Source: Octopus vulgaris (Eukaryota). From it: a DNA stretch of 64,000 nt. This document shows positions 14,142 through 27,550 of the stretch, piece by piece. Location of the stretch: the NCBI GenBank assembly GCA_951406725.2, contig OX597815.1, positions 108,066,001-108,130,000 of the forward strand. The letters are read 5' to 3'. The notes below the pieces were generated by a model that saw only the letters and a program-made list of their open reading frames with translations, was not told where the DNA came from and ran no database searches. A program made the position numbers and the translations under genes. Position 1 is the stretch's first letter. Each line of letters starts with the position of its first letter.

Positions 14142-15015
14142 CAAATATGGATCAAAGGTTCTTTCTTTGCCATAGGCTCTTAAACACTGGTTTCTCAGAT
14201 TCTGTAATGTATATACGCTTCCTCCTGGGATTGGATGCCAGTCCCTCACAACATTACTCTTTTTTCCAGATGATTGGACTAGAGCAACATGGAATCAAAT
14301 GTTTTTGCTTAAGAATGCAACACATCATCTGGTTCAGTAATCAAAACTACTGTCTTATGATCATGAATGCAGCACATGCATACATACACACACATACATT
14401 CACACATGTCCGCATGCATGCATACACACATACATACATGTATTTATGCATACCACACACGTGCCATCAGTAATTACTCAGGATAGGCCATTGGTGACCT
14501 TCATGTAGTAAAACACAAAAAAGTAAGCAAAACACAGGCATACAACTGAATTGAAGGCAGATTTACATCTGTCTTTATAGCAGGTAAAGAAAATGGTGTT
14601 GTAGCTTAAATACTGAGATTGAAAAGCAGGGGTGAATTATGCCTACCTAATCTGCAAGAAAAGATATTTTGTATTTTATGCATAGTAATAAGAGTAACAT
14701 TCATAATTTTATTGAATTAAGTGATATTTTGCCATAAAAGAAAAATGTTACAATTAATCTATTTCATTCAAGGTAGGCAGATCCCTGATACATACATACA
14801 TACATACATACATACATACACGCACGTACATACATACATACATACACGTACATACATACATACATACATACATACATACATACATACATACATACATACA
14901 TACATACGTACACACATGTATTTAAAATCTTTAGGAATAATAAATATTCCAGGTTATCAGGACATTTACTATTTTACACTTTACTAATACAATGTATAAT
15001 CATTTATGATATTAT

Positions 15016-17592
15016 AACAAATTTGGGATTTTTCCAATACAACCACAACTCCTATTTCAGGATAACCTTATTGTATAGAATACACATAGAAAGTTATATC
15101 CAGTAAAATAATAATAAGCATTTAGAAAAACCTACTATAAAATACAATAAAATTATTTGAAAATATATATATAACTTACCTGTTATTAATCTGTGGGGAA
15201 AGAAGGTATTTTTAATCAATGCTACATGTGTTTCTGCACTGGTAGGGTGTTTATCACGGCTATACCTAATGCATAAATCCACTAGTGCGTGGATCACAGT
15301 TAAAAATACAAAAAGTCATATTAAATAGAAAAATAAGAATATGAGTAAATCTGTAATAAAAATATATAAATTATAAATATATTTTTTAGAATTAAGAAAA
15401 TTTTTTAAAATTAAAAAAATTAAAAAATTAAACACGTAAAATTACATTGCCGATATAGATAGAAGATGCTAAACCTAAGGAAACCCTCAACAACTATCTT
15501 ATAAACACATCAAATCCTAAAACCTATCTATATAAACATTACGGGAATTAATAATTTAGTGTAAGATTTACTCCTATCTATACATGTATAAATTACCATT
15601 TTTTAATCTCAAACGTAAGTTAATATTATTTAAAAAGATTATTTAGTAAAAACCGCTATATACGTTAATAAAAAATCTATAGAAAAATGAACAAAGGAAG
15701 AATACTTATCGACATAATACTTACTCCTCGTTCCTGTGCAAATGGCTACTCCCTCTGTCATGCGCTAAGTATTATACTCTTTTACTCTTTTACTTGTTTC
15801 AGTCATTTGACTGCGGCCATGCTGGAGCACCGACTTTAAAAAATTATCTGTCAGAAGTGGGATTATGGGAATAACATAAATAAAATAAAATACTCTGAAA
15901 AATTCTCTAAGACTAATAATATTAGAAAGGTTGAATTCAAGGGGAGATAATAACTAGATACTCTTAAATGTAGCTGTAACTTGTTTGAGCATTAGGATGA
16001 TTATTAGTATTATTATTGGGTCCGTAATTATTAAAGAAGGATAACATAGAAATTCATTTACCTATATTTTCTATTAGTGCATTTTTGACTGAGCTGGGAT
16101 GGTTGCTATGGGTATTAATGTACATAAGGTTCTCGTTTAATTTATGGAATGGTTGGGTTTTATTAGTTTAGGTGTGCATCTAGATAGTTAACCACAAAAT
16201 GCTCTTTCTCTATAAATATATCTAAACCATAATTGCTGAAGAATTTGTATAATTTTTCTTTATATTTTCTAATGATCTATTAGTGCAGTTTTTAGTTATA
16301 AAGTGTAGGTCGTCCCTATAAAGTCCTCCTTCAATGTTAAGATGTTCTAACCGAAGTTCAAATAATGGGTATATTCCTACTAAATCTGTTATTTGTGTAG
16401 AGTCTGGGGCACCCATGGGTATATCAAAGCTATCCCTTGTGTCCTTCCTAGCCCATGGTTTATTTTTATATCTAATTAGGGATTTCCTCACCGTTAGTAC
16501 TACTTTAACTTCATCCCAAATTAATAAATTCGACAGGTCTAAGTAAATACATATGTGAGTTGAGATCTAATAAAATAGAATACACACTTAATTGGAATAT
16601 CATTTGTAGAGCGAAGTCATAGAATAGGTAATAAAATGTGCTTATTATGCACAACAGAGTTCATGAAAATACTCCAGTCGAGAGAGGTATTACTGAACAG
16701 TATTGAAGAGAGAGGATAAAATTCTGACATAAAAGTAACTTTACGTATTATAAAATGAAAATTATAAAAAATTATAACCCCACCCCCACCCAGTATGTAA
16801 TCTCTTAAACAATTATGAGGAAGATAATTAAATGTAGTTATAACAGAATTTTATAGTATTAGACATAGATATGCCAGAAACCAAGAATTTATTAAAGAAT
16901 ATTACCTTAAAAGGAATATACGGACCAGGTTTAATCTAACATAATTCTCTAAATTGTAAACACTATAAAAAGTCGTTACAGTTAGATTTAAGAGTATCTA
17001 GTTATTAACTTGCCTTGAATTCAACCTCTCTAATATTATTAGTCTTAAAGAACTTTTCAGAGTATTTTATTTTATTTATGTTATTCCCATAATACTTAGC
17101 ACATGACAGAGGGAGCAGCCATTTGCACAAGAACAAAAAGGAGTAAGCATTATGTCGATAAGTATTCTTCCTTATTTAATTTTTTTTTTGCTAGATTTAT
17201 TATAGTTTTACTCATAATTTTATTTTTTATTCAAAATGACTTATAATATGTATTTTTAACTGTGACCCATTAATAATAGTAACAATAAGATAAATAACCT
17301 GAGGATGCACTAGTGGATGTATGTATTAAGTACAGCCTGGACAAACACCACCACCAGTGCAGAAACGAATTCAGTATTGATTAAAAATACCTTCTTTCCC
17401 CACAAACTAATAATAGGTAAGTTATATATATATATATATATTTTTTTTCAAATAATTTTATTGTATCTTATAGTAGTATTTTTTAAATGCTTATATTATT
17501 TTATTGGATATAACTTTCTATGTGTATTCCATACAATAAGGTTATCCTGAAATAGGAGTTGTGGCTGTATCAGTCAAATTCCAAATTTGTAA
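15016..17592. mobile_element. 2.6-kb foldback structure: long inverted arms around a PLE RT fragment
   Basis: 15016-15360 is the inverse of 17190-17592, and 15670-15980 is the inverse of 16975-17200; the left arm carries extra inserts including a SINE tail at 15775-15838. Confidence 0.8.
16030..16545 (-). pseudogene. Penelope-like reverse transcriptase fragment (Naiad-like)
   Basis: FDIPMGAPDSTQITDLVGIY..GGLYRDDL..RSLENIKK then, frameshifted, VNYLDAHL..PFHKLNENLMYINTHSNHPSSV; matches the FDxxMGxxD / GLYRDD / SNHP pattern. Confidence 0.85.
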
Positions 17593-17610
17593 GATATATA
17601 TATATATATA

Positions 17611-18023
17611 CTCTCTTTACTCTTTTACTCTTTTACTTGTTTCAGTCATTTGACTGCGGCCATGCTGGAGCACCACCTTTAATCGAGCAACTCGACCCCG
17701 GGACTTATTCTTTTGTAAGCCCAGTACTTATTCTATCGGGCTCTTTTGCCGAACCGCTAAGTAACGGGGACATAAATACACCAGCATCGGTTATCAAGCA
17801 ATGCTAGGGGGACAAACACAGACACACAAACACACACACGCATATATATATACATATATACGACAAGCTTCTTTCAGTTTCCGTCTACCAAATCCACTCA
17901 CAAGGCTTTGGTCGGCCCGAGGCTATAGTAGAAGACATTTGCCCAAGGTGCCACGCAGTGGGACTGAACCCGGAACCATGTGGTTGGTAAACAAGCTACT
18001 TACCACACAGCCACTCCTGCGCC
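17611..18023 (-). mobile_element. Full-length, young tRNA-derived CORE-like SINE (probably octopus OR-type)
   Basis: Minus head ggcgcaggagTGGCTGTGTGG...GTTCAGTCCC (A/B boxes), ccttgggcaa CORE-like segment, internal (TA/TG)n, (gtaaaaga)n tail; multiple copies in window. Confidence 0.9.
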
Positions 18024-18047
18024 TATATATATATATACACACACACA

Positions 18048-18083
<36 letters not shown>

Positions 18084-18179
18084 CGGTAAAGCATAAATCC
18101 AAAAAAGAAGTATACTCTAAGTTATAGGGCAGTGATATAATATAAATAAACCAGCCTTATCTAACTTTATTTATATTAT

Positions 18180-18214
<35 letters not shown>

Positions 18215-18220
18215 TATATA

Positions 18221-18657
18221 TAATAATAATAATAACATGAGGGAATATTATTCCAAGCTTACAGGGAAAAATTAAATCTAGAAATACTAAATCAAATTTC
18301 ACAAAATATAATATATATATATAAATTAGAAAAAAACTTACCTTTTATCAATTCAACAATGAAAAAATTAAATTATACCATTTAGAAAAAGTTACGTCTT
18401 ATAGAAAAATTAAATATAAGATAAAAACATATATCAATGATTAAGTAATGTGCAAAATAATAAATAAAATGTATATATTTGGTATATATATATATATATA
18501 TATATACGTTTTATTTATATATAAATATATACGTTTCATTTATTATTTTGCACATTACTTAATCATTGGTATATGTTTTTATCTTATATTTAATTTTTTT
18601 CATTGTTGAATTGATAAAAGGTTGGGTTTTTTCTAATTTATACATACATACATACAT

Positions 18658-18721
<64 letters not shown>

Positions 18722-18809
18722 GTATAATAATAATAATAATGTGCAGGAATATTATTCCAAACTTACAGGGAAAAATTCAATCTAGAAATACTAAATCAAA
18801 TTTCACAAA

Positions 18810-18846
<37 letters not shown>

Positions 18847-18931
18847 TAGAAAAAAATACATCTTATAAAAAAATTAAATATAAGATAAAAACATATATCA
18901 ATGATTAAGTAATGTGCAAAATAATAAATAA

Positions 18932-18935
<4 letters not shown>
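18221..18935. repeat. AT-rich unit in direct-inverted-direct arrangement
   Basis: 18221-18480 and 18725-18935 are direct copies; 18527-18640 is an inverted partial copy between them. Confidence 0.8.
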
Positions 18936-18996
<61 letters not shown>

Positions 18997-19082
18997 TGAA
19001 TTTTTTAACATGTTTGTTGGTCTTTATAAGTGCATTTACTCACAGGTGTTACGAGATATATATATATATATATGAGCACATT

Positions 19083-19156
19083 GATGACAAAGGAATAAGC
19101 GATTGTTTCATGAACTTCATGAAGTTCATGGATTAATCGTTTATTCTTTTGTCATC
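19083..19156. repeat. 74-bp loopless imperfect palindrome
   Basis: gatgacaaaggaataagcgattgtttcatgaacttca|tgaagttcatggattaatcgtttattcttttgtcatc; 32/37 Watson-Crick pairs. Confidence 0.85.
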
Positions 19157-19409
19157 TCTCTTTCTTATTATGGCTCTGTGCTCAACTAAGACTGTTTTCA
19201 GAAGCATACATATGGTTATTAGTATCACAATACCTAAGTGAATTATGATATCATATGTATGTGTGTGTGTTTATGAGAGACTTGGTCAAATATAAATTGT
19301 ATATCCAAGTATTATAAACAGATTCATATGCAACCACACATACACATATACATGTACATGTACTCATATACATCCAGTAACACACGTGAATACATGTACT
19401 TATATGAGC

Positions 19410-19570
19410 CTACAATCCTGTTAAAAATAGCTGCCAAATCATGCCATACACTTCTAGAAAATATCAAACTGGACAGTATAATCCAAAATGTACATATTAG
19501 ATGGGAGGATCATGGCTAAAGCACCTTTGATCATAGCTTTGCTTAACCACAGCCTACCTGGGGCTAAAAA
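19410..19570 (+). repeat. Dispersed repeat tail ending ...cctggggctaaac(aac)n; related copies near 1566-1760, 1950-2110, 10750-10930, 24670-24760, 25600-25800, 41370-41570
   Basis: Shared aaatagcagccaaatc...ggataatgt...catggctgga..cctttgatcata...ctggggctaaac segments; probably a LINE/SINE 3' tail. Confidence 0.55.
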
Positions 19571-20265
19571 ATCAGTAAAAACAAAGATTAATATATCATC
19601 ATAAACATCACTTACATCTAATGTTTTTTTATAGATTTAGAGGTTCACAATATGGCAACATTCCACACATCTTAGTCTTTTATGAAAGTTCAATGTTTTC
19701 AGATAAGGCATAATTGTTTATATCGAAATCTATTTTGATCTACCTCAATTATATGCATCTTTTATGACCACTGCATGGTACCATTTCATTCTGCTGGCAT
19801 TCTATTTTGACATTAAATGTCCAAGCGCACTTTGTTTCCCTCCCACATATTTCCTGCAGATATTGACTAACAGATGTTCAGGTTGGTTATCAGCAATATC
19901 AATCATACCATTCTATAAAGGCTTGTGATGTTTACAGACATTCTCCTATCTTGGCTAACTTATTATAAATGACCCCACGATCATTTAATCTATAAAGTAT
20001 AGCAGCCAACTCTCCCACAATTCACGCACTTACTTTCTTAAAAGAGAAAAAGTGATATTAGACAACACAAAGTATAATAGTCATAGTTGGATTGTCTGTG
20101 CTTATGTACCACATTCTAAACAATAATTTATTAAAAATAATGACAGTCAGCTCACCTGAACACATTTGCCAATATTTTTGGTATTGAATCAGCTCCTCAG
20201 TTAATTTGTTGCTTATTTTTTTTATTTCTTTATATTTATCGACTCTTTTAATATTTTACTTGTTT

Positions 20266-20400
20266 CAAAGGTGGTGAGTTGGCAGAATTGATACTGTGCC
20301 ACATGAGAGGCTTAGCAACATTTCATCTGTCTTTATATTCTGGGTTCTAATTCTTTCAAAACTGAGTTTGCCGTTTATCCTTTTGGGGTCAATGCAGGAG
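20266..20400 (+). mobile_element. Meta-type SINE 5' fragment
   Basis: ggtgagttggcagaa...tttgccgtttatccttttggggtc matches 27365-27550. Confidence 0.65.
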
Positions 20401-20419
20401 TAAAAGTTGTAAAGATAGT

Positions 20420-22090
20420 GTGAGGTGCGGATTTTTAGAAATGGTGAAGACATTACTGTAGCAAGTGATGGTGAGAGAAATTGGAGAGGGTGGGATCAAG
20501 GTACAGTAGATGTGTGTGGACACGGAGAGTGTGAAGACAGGCATGTAATGGAGAGTGGAGGTGCTTGCAGTAGATGGTGATCATGGATGGTGGGATGGGT
20601 TGTGGGGTAATTTTGACAGGACAGGACATGTGAGCATGTGAGAGGTCATAAAGAACCCACCTGTATGTATAGATGGCCGTGATTTTACTTAGTCTTCTCA
20701 AGCACAGCAGACTGCCAGAAATCTTGGTCCCTTGTCATCTCTTTTGTGAGTCTCAATATCATGTCTTCCTGAATTTATGCCTTCCACAAGTTACCTCCAT
20801 AATTTGAGATTGGCACTTCTTTATGCAGGTGTCCTCATCTATATGCATCACATGACCAAACCAGCACAGCCTTCTTCTCTTTTGAATGCTACATTTGATG
20901 TCTCATGTACTCAATTTTTCTCTTAAATCATCCACACTCTATCATGCATGCACACTAGCATTACCCATCCAGTGAAGCATGCTGGCTTCATCACTTTCAA
21001 ACCTTTGCATATTTCCTACAGTCACAGTCCATGCTTCCCTGCTGTATAGCATAGCTGTCTGTACACAGGCATCATTCAAATTGCTAATTTCACTCTTAGT
21101 GAAAGGCCCTTTATTACCAACAAAAGTAGTAGCTCTCTGAATTTTGCCCAAACCGTTCTTATTCTTGCAACTATGCTTTCAGAACACCCTCCTCCACTGC
21201 TAGCTTGGTTGCTTAGGTAATGAAAACTATCTACTACTTCTAAGGATCCTCTAAACATTTGAGAAAGTCTACTTCTTGTATATTCTTATTGTCAATTGTA
21301 CCTGTACATCTACCACATACAGAGACTACTTTCTCTGTTAATATTCTTGTGATACTGCTATACTTCTTATGTATCCATAGCTTGCACTGGGTACACATTT
21401 ACTACACATTAAACAGGCCATCTCTCCCAGAAGGGATTAGTAATTTGTCCCTTTTCCTATTTATTAGGACTTTGGTCTTTGCTAAATTAACTCTAAGGCC
21501 CTTTGGTTTCAGACCTGGTTTCCACACATGAAATTTCTTCTCTAGTTCTGGTAGTGATTAAGCTATAAGAACAAGGTCATTAGTATAGAGGAGCTCCCAA
21601 GGTTAGCCAGTTTTAAATTCCTGTTATGGCCTGGAGGATTGTGGGCTGAGAACTAATCCTTGTTCAACTCCTACCTGTACAGTAAATTCTTTGCTATACT
21701 CATTGCTAACTTCCACCTTACTGATAGCATCCCTGTACATGACTTGTACAATGTTCACCAACCATCCATCTAAACCTAGCTTCCACATTGACAGATGAGA
21801 AAATGAAGGACCCTCTCTGTTACCTGAAATTGTCTTACCAGAAAGACAGCACCGGCAGTGGTTCTCCCTGTCACAAAACTAAGCTGTATCTTATCTAGGA
21901 TCTCTTCCTAATTAATTGAGCTATGACCCTTTCACCACCTGGTATGGCAATTTGATACCTCTATAATTATTTCTGTCTGAGATGATACCTTAACCTTTGT
22001 AGCACTTGACTACAATGCTGTTACACCAGTTTTTGGGTATGACTCCTTTGTGGACAATCTGATTAACTATATGGGTGACTAGACTGGATT
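20420..22090 (-). mobile_element. Decayed 5'-truncated RTE LINE related to 30747-33263
   Basis: LEVVDSFHYLSNQASSGGGCSESIVARIRTVWAKFRELL, CTQCKLWIHKKYS..VCGRC and NYRGIKL remnants; many stops and deletions; ORF end near 20685. Confidence 0.9.
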
Positions 22091-24319
22091 CCTATATAAT
22101 TAATATGGGGGATATGGTCTAGTCACCTATATAGTTGTGTCCTAATGTTTATCTTGCTTTAGGGCACCATCCAACCGTTCATTTTTGATACTGATGTGAC
22201 TGGAAAGTTGTTTAATCAGTGTATCCTACTGTTTGACACTGGAAGCCTGTCAGCATTTGAAATGTCTTGAAGAACCTGTTTCCCAGTACAAGAAAGTTGG
22301 TGGTAGTAAAAAGAATTGGAACTAAGAACAGATTCTGCAAGGCATCTCATTTGATAATCTAACAATTCTGCTAACTCACAGTCTTGGACTTGTATTTTAT
22401 TGACCTTGAGAGAATGTCTAGGCAAGATTTGGACTCAGAATGCCGAGAAGAGGTATTAATTTTCGAGGTATTAACCTCTTTCAGTACAAATCCTTTTATG
22501 CCCTACTGGATAAAACATTATTACCCTTGGTTTAGTAATAAACTAGTGTAGTAATAAAGTTTAGCAATAAAGATTCTTATTTTAAATCTAGTTTCAAAAT
22601 GCATAAATATCCAGAAATAAGACTTGATCACAGACAGAGATCGAACTGATCAAAGTGTAGTGTAGGCGTTATTATTGATTTCCAACTTTGGTACAATTGG
22701 TTATATCTCTTCCCACAATATTGTGAGGAGAAGTATAGTCATTATATAATAACTCCAGTTCCATTGTGGAATTTATTTTATTGACTCCAAGAGAACAAGC
22801 AACAAATTTGGCTTTGGTAAAATTCAAATTCAGAATGTAAAGAATCATAACTGTATACTACAAGGAAATTTTTTCCCAATGCTCTGCCAATTATTCATCC
22901 TCCACTAATCTTTGAAAATGCAAATATAAAATAATATTAAAAACCCTAAAAGTTAACATTAATTGTCCTTAGAATTATAAACTTAACTACCATCTCCGAT
23001 AAATAGACATTTAATTTGCCATTGTTTTATCGAATTTAGATTTATTGAATCTTATTCAGTTCTGAACCATTTTAGTCATCTCAAATCTTTGGCTTTCACA
23101 GTCAATAATTAACTAATAGGCAATAGCCTACTTTCTATACTTAAATCATAACAGTTTTCAGTAAGAGTAGGGAAGTTTGTGAAACTGTTGTTATATCCCT
23201 CTAACTCAAACCTTAATTATATTCCTTGTGCTGCATCCTGTACTGATTATGTATGTATATAAGTATGTACACAACTTATATCAATGGGCATGTTGTTATT
23301 GTTTTGTCTTAGAGCAACTCCAATTGAGCATCCTGAGCATCAAAGGCATTGATCCCTTTACCTTCTTTTTCAGATATTGCATTATCCAATATATCCTTCC
23401 TTTTTTTAAAGACTACAATTTGAGGGACATTTGTTTATTATTTCTAGCAACTCAAGTAACCATATAGAGATTCTTTAGAGTGTACTAGCACCAGTTAATA
23501 AGATAATGTAGGTAAAAAGTCTTTGTACTAGTCTTAGAAGTCAAGTCTCTTTCTGTCAATAACTTATAGCCTTCTTACTGTCTTTCCAGAGATGTTGCAA
23601 AAAACTATTTGATCTTTCATTTATTATTATTGTTAACTTACTTATGATATTAATTCATAAGTGACCATGCTTTCTCTCACAAAATCTTTTGAATAAAATG
23701 TATTTTCTAGAAGGAGATGCCCTCAACCTTCAAAGGCTATTTGAAATCAATATCTTTATCATCCTAAAATGGTGATTTAGGAACTTATACAAGGTATCCC
23801 CCAAATCACCAAGAAACTAAAAATGTAATAACATTTCTTTATGTTAATTATTTTGATCTTAATTTCATTAAAAGTGACTTTTTGGACACACTATTATTAT
23901 ATCTGTATTTCTGGATCAACATCAAGGCTATGTTTATTTCTAGTTTCTGAAGTATTTTGCAGATGATCAAATCAAATGTCCTTGGCAAATGAGATAATGA
24001 TCTATCACAGACAAGACTTCTTTGCCACATCACATTTTTATCTTCAAAGCTCACTTTTCCAACCCACCTCTTCTCTTCTTATTACACTCAGTGCCATTCT
24101 CTGATCCCAATAGTTAACACATTTCCCAGTCCATCATGCCCAAATATGTTAATACTTTTTATCCAGAATTTCCTGTCTGCTCAATTATTCAAATCAATTT
24201 TACAGATCTGGAATGAACAGGAAAAGTGATGGGCACAGCAACTCCTTTTCTGACAAACATGTGGTTGCTTGACCAGTTAGAAATATCAGCTAAATTACTT
24301 CCAAAGCACTTTTTATGGA

Positions 24320-24351
<32 letters not shown>

Positions 24352-24865
24352 ATATTGAATAATGTAACCCAGAATATAAAGGAGATGGTTATGGTTGTAA
24401 TGTCTTTGATTACAAGTCCCTTCAACCAAAGTAAATGTGAGTGTAAACAATAAAATATTGACACAAAATTAAATCAACTTCGTAGTTCAAAAGCACGACA
24501 ACGTATTTATAAGCACACAATTTATTTAAGGCCTTGTCAGCTCTGAAAGGGTGACAACAACTGGAAACTAATACTGTCCTGCTGGATTTTCTTTTATGTT
24601 TCCTATAGAACACATCTGAACTTTATATTGTAAGCTGAAGAATCTCTTGTCAGTTTTACAGCACTGCTACCGTTGTTGTTGTTGTTGTTGTTGTTGTTTA
24701 ACCCCAGGATAGTCTTGATCAAGCAAATATCGAAGGTATTCCAGTCATAGCCAGCCTGTCTTTTAGAATATTCATAACAACATTTTCTAATATAGCCTTC
24801 CTTTTTATAAAATGATGAATGTAGTGACATACAGCATGTATTTGCATACAATTACACTTGCACTG

Positions 24866-25186
24866 TGAAGGCATGTGGCCTAGTTGTTAGGGCATTCAGC
24901 TCACAACTGTAAGGTCATGATTTCAATTCCTGGTGGTGGTTGTCTCCTTCAGCAAGACACTTTATTTTACATTGTTCCTGTCTGTTTAGCTGGCAAAAAT
25001 GAGTAGTGCCTGTTTTTCAAAGAGCTAGCCTTTTCACATTCTGTGTCATGCTGAATCTCCTGAATAACTACATCAAGGGTATGTGTGTCTATGGAGTGCT
25101 CAGCCACTTGCACATTAATTTCACAAGCAGGTTGTTCTGGTGATTGAATCAACTGGAACCCTCGTCATCGTAACTGACGGAGTGGT
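24866..25186 (+). mobile_element. tRNA-derived SINE (second family)
   Basis: TGGCCTAGTTG A-box, TTTCAATTCC B-box, then cttcagcaagacacttt...cagctggcaaaaatgagt core also seen at 25370-25480 and, inverted, 45520-45660. Confidence 0.75.
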
Positions 25187-25369
25187 AGAGACACTTGCAT
25201 TTGTGTGTGGACCCACATGTGAACATACAGTTGTGTGGGGATGGAGGAGGCATGCATGAAAGAATGCAAGGATTCATGTGTAAGAATGAATTTTTGCTTA
25301 TTCATTTATTCTTTTACTTGTTTTAGTCATTTGACTGTGGCCATGCTGAAGCATCACATTGAACTGCAG

Positions 25370-25580
25370 GTGATAAGATTGTGGTTTCGATTCCTGGACT
25401 AGGCGATGAGTTGTGTTCTTGAGCAAAACACTTCCTTTCACATTAGCCCAGTCCATTCAGCTGGCAAAAGTGAGTAATACTGCGACGGATTGGTGTCCCA
25501 TGCAGGTGGGGAATATAAACGACATGAAACCAGGAAACCAGCCCTTATGAGTCAGCATGACTCTAAAAGGTAGCTTAACC
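25370..25580 (+). mobile_element. tRNA-derived SINE with V-domain-like segment
   Basis: ggtttcgattcc B-box, tgtgttcttgagcaaaacactt, ctgcgacggattggtgtcccatgcagg. Confidence 0.6.
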
Positions 25581-26301
25581 TTTTTTAACCTTATCATAGA
25601 ACCTAGTTGCTTATTGTGCTAAAACTAGCAGCTAAATCTCTCTCAGACCTCACCCTATCATCTTCAAAAAAATATACACATTGGATAATTAATCCTAGGT
25701 TGCCTGCACATAAGAAGAAATGGCACAGTCACAGATGGAATGTTTCTTTATCATATATCTATCCAATAACAGCTGATCTGGAACTAAGCAACAGCAATAA
25801 CTTTTTCTCGTGATAATAATTCAATGCCTCATTTAGTTTTTTTTCTTTTTATTCATCCATTTTTTTTATGGGTTAGCAGAAAATTTCATAATAGTTGTTA
25901 TTGTTATTATTTTCATGTGCTTTTAATTTATTGACAATGTATTTCCTCTTCTCCACCTACTCCTTCTTCACGCACCAGTTTATGTCAATGTTGGGGCATA
26001 ACAAAATAATAATTTTTATATAATCATAAATTCGATATTGCTTTCTCTCTCTCTCTCCATCTCTCTCTCTCTCTATTTCTCTCTCTCTTATTCTCCAACT
26101 CTTCCTCTCTCTTGGTTATTTTTGTCATTTCTAATATATATATTCTTTTTTATTGATTTATTTTTCTTGCAGAGTTGGTAAAATCAAAATTTATGGCAAA
26201 TATATCTGAATTTTGACCTTGATGGTTCCCACCCTATTATTTGTTAAAAGCATTCAGAAATTCAAGAGATGTAATAATAACGTGCAATAAAGACAAACAA
26301 A

Positions 26302-26396
<95 letters not shown>

Positions 26397-26787
26397 CTGT
26401 ATGTGAATATTCTTCAACTTTCAACAATATGCAAATTTTCATATTTCCCAAAAACACTCCAACCCATGCTAGTTAAAAACTATGGATGTAAAAAACTATA
26501 CTTGTCTGTGTTTGTACATTTGAATGAATATGTATGTATATATATATACACATGCATATAAATCTATGTACGTATACATATACATATATATGTATATGAA
26601 TGTGCATGTACTAACAGACACACATGCAGGCACACACGTGGACACATGCACACATATACACAAACACTCATAGACACACACATTCACACATGCTTGTCTA
26701 TTTATCCATCAATATCTATATCTCTCTAGCTAGCTAGCTATTTATATATATATGTATATGTATACATATATATATATGATGATGATG

Positions 26788-26835
<48 letters not shown>

Positions 26836-27364
26836 GAGCAAATGCGCTAAGCAGTGTTTACGTATAATCACAATTTAGGTTAGTTGAAATATGTATATAT
26901 ATGTATATACACATACACACATATATGTTTATACAGATAGATATAGATGGATGTATACATATGTGTCTGTTAGTACATACACTTATACTAAAATAGAAAA
27001 TCACAAGCATAGATATACATGCATATTCATTAAAGCAAATATATGTGTGTGTGAATGTATTTATATTTATTATAATGATGTACCTGTATGATTTCAATAG
27101 CTGGTCTTATAGTCCACATGCAAGCCTGCCAGAGATGATTACTGAACAAGAACAGCTAATGTTGACCTACAACAAAGAGCTAAAGAAGACGATGCATACA
27201 TACATACACACACACGCATGCACATGCACACACACACACACACAAATCAATGGTAGAACAGAAAAAAACACAACAAGCAGAAACCATCAAAACACAACAT
27301 GGAAAAAAGGACAATAGCATGACAACGGCAAACAGGACAAAACAAGATGCATGGATCATTTACA

Positions 27365-27550
27365 GAGAGCTGGCAGAAACGTTAGCATGCCGAGCAAAAT
27401 GCTTAGCAGTATTTCGTCTGTCTTTACGCTCTGAGTTCAAATTCTGCCGAGGTTGACTTTGCTTTTCATCCTTTTGGGGTTGATAAATTAAGTACCAGTG
27501 GTGTTCCTCACTCCAAAATTTCAGGCCTTGTGCCTAGATTAGAAAAGATT
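27365..27550 (+). mobile_element. Meta-type SINE
   Basis: gagttcaaattc B-box-like followed by ggttgactttgcttttcatccttttggggttgataaattaagtaccag, resembling the MetaSINE central domain. Confidence 0.75.

Noticed and set aside
16054-16056. In-frame TGA in the Naiad-like RT as selenocysteine
   Set aside because: It falls where Arg is expected (KRxS), consistent with CGA/AGA decay; the fragment has other stops and frameshifts.
23500-24100. Faint resemblance to a PLE RT (IQGIPQITK versus GLPKIHK)
   Set aside because: A single weak motif with many stops; cannot be supported without a profile search.
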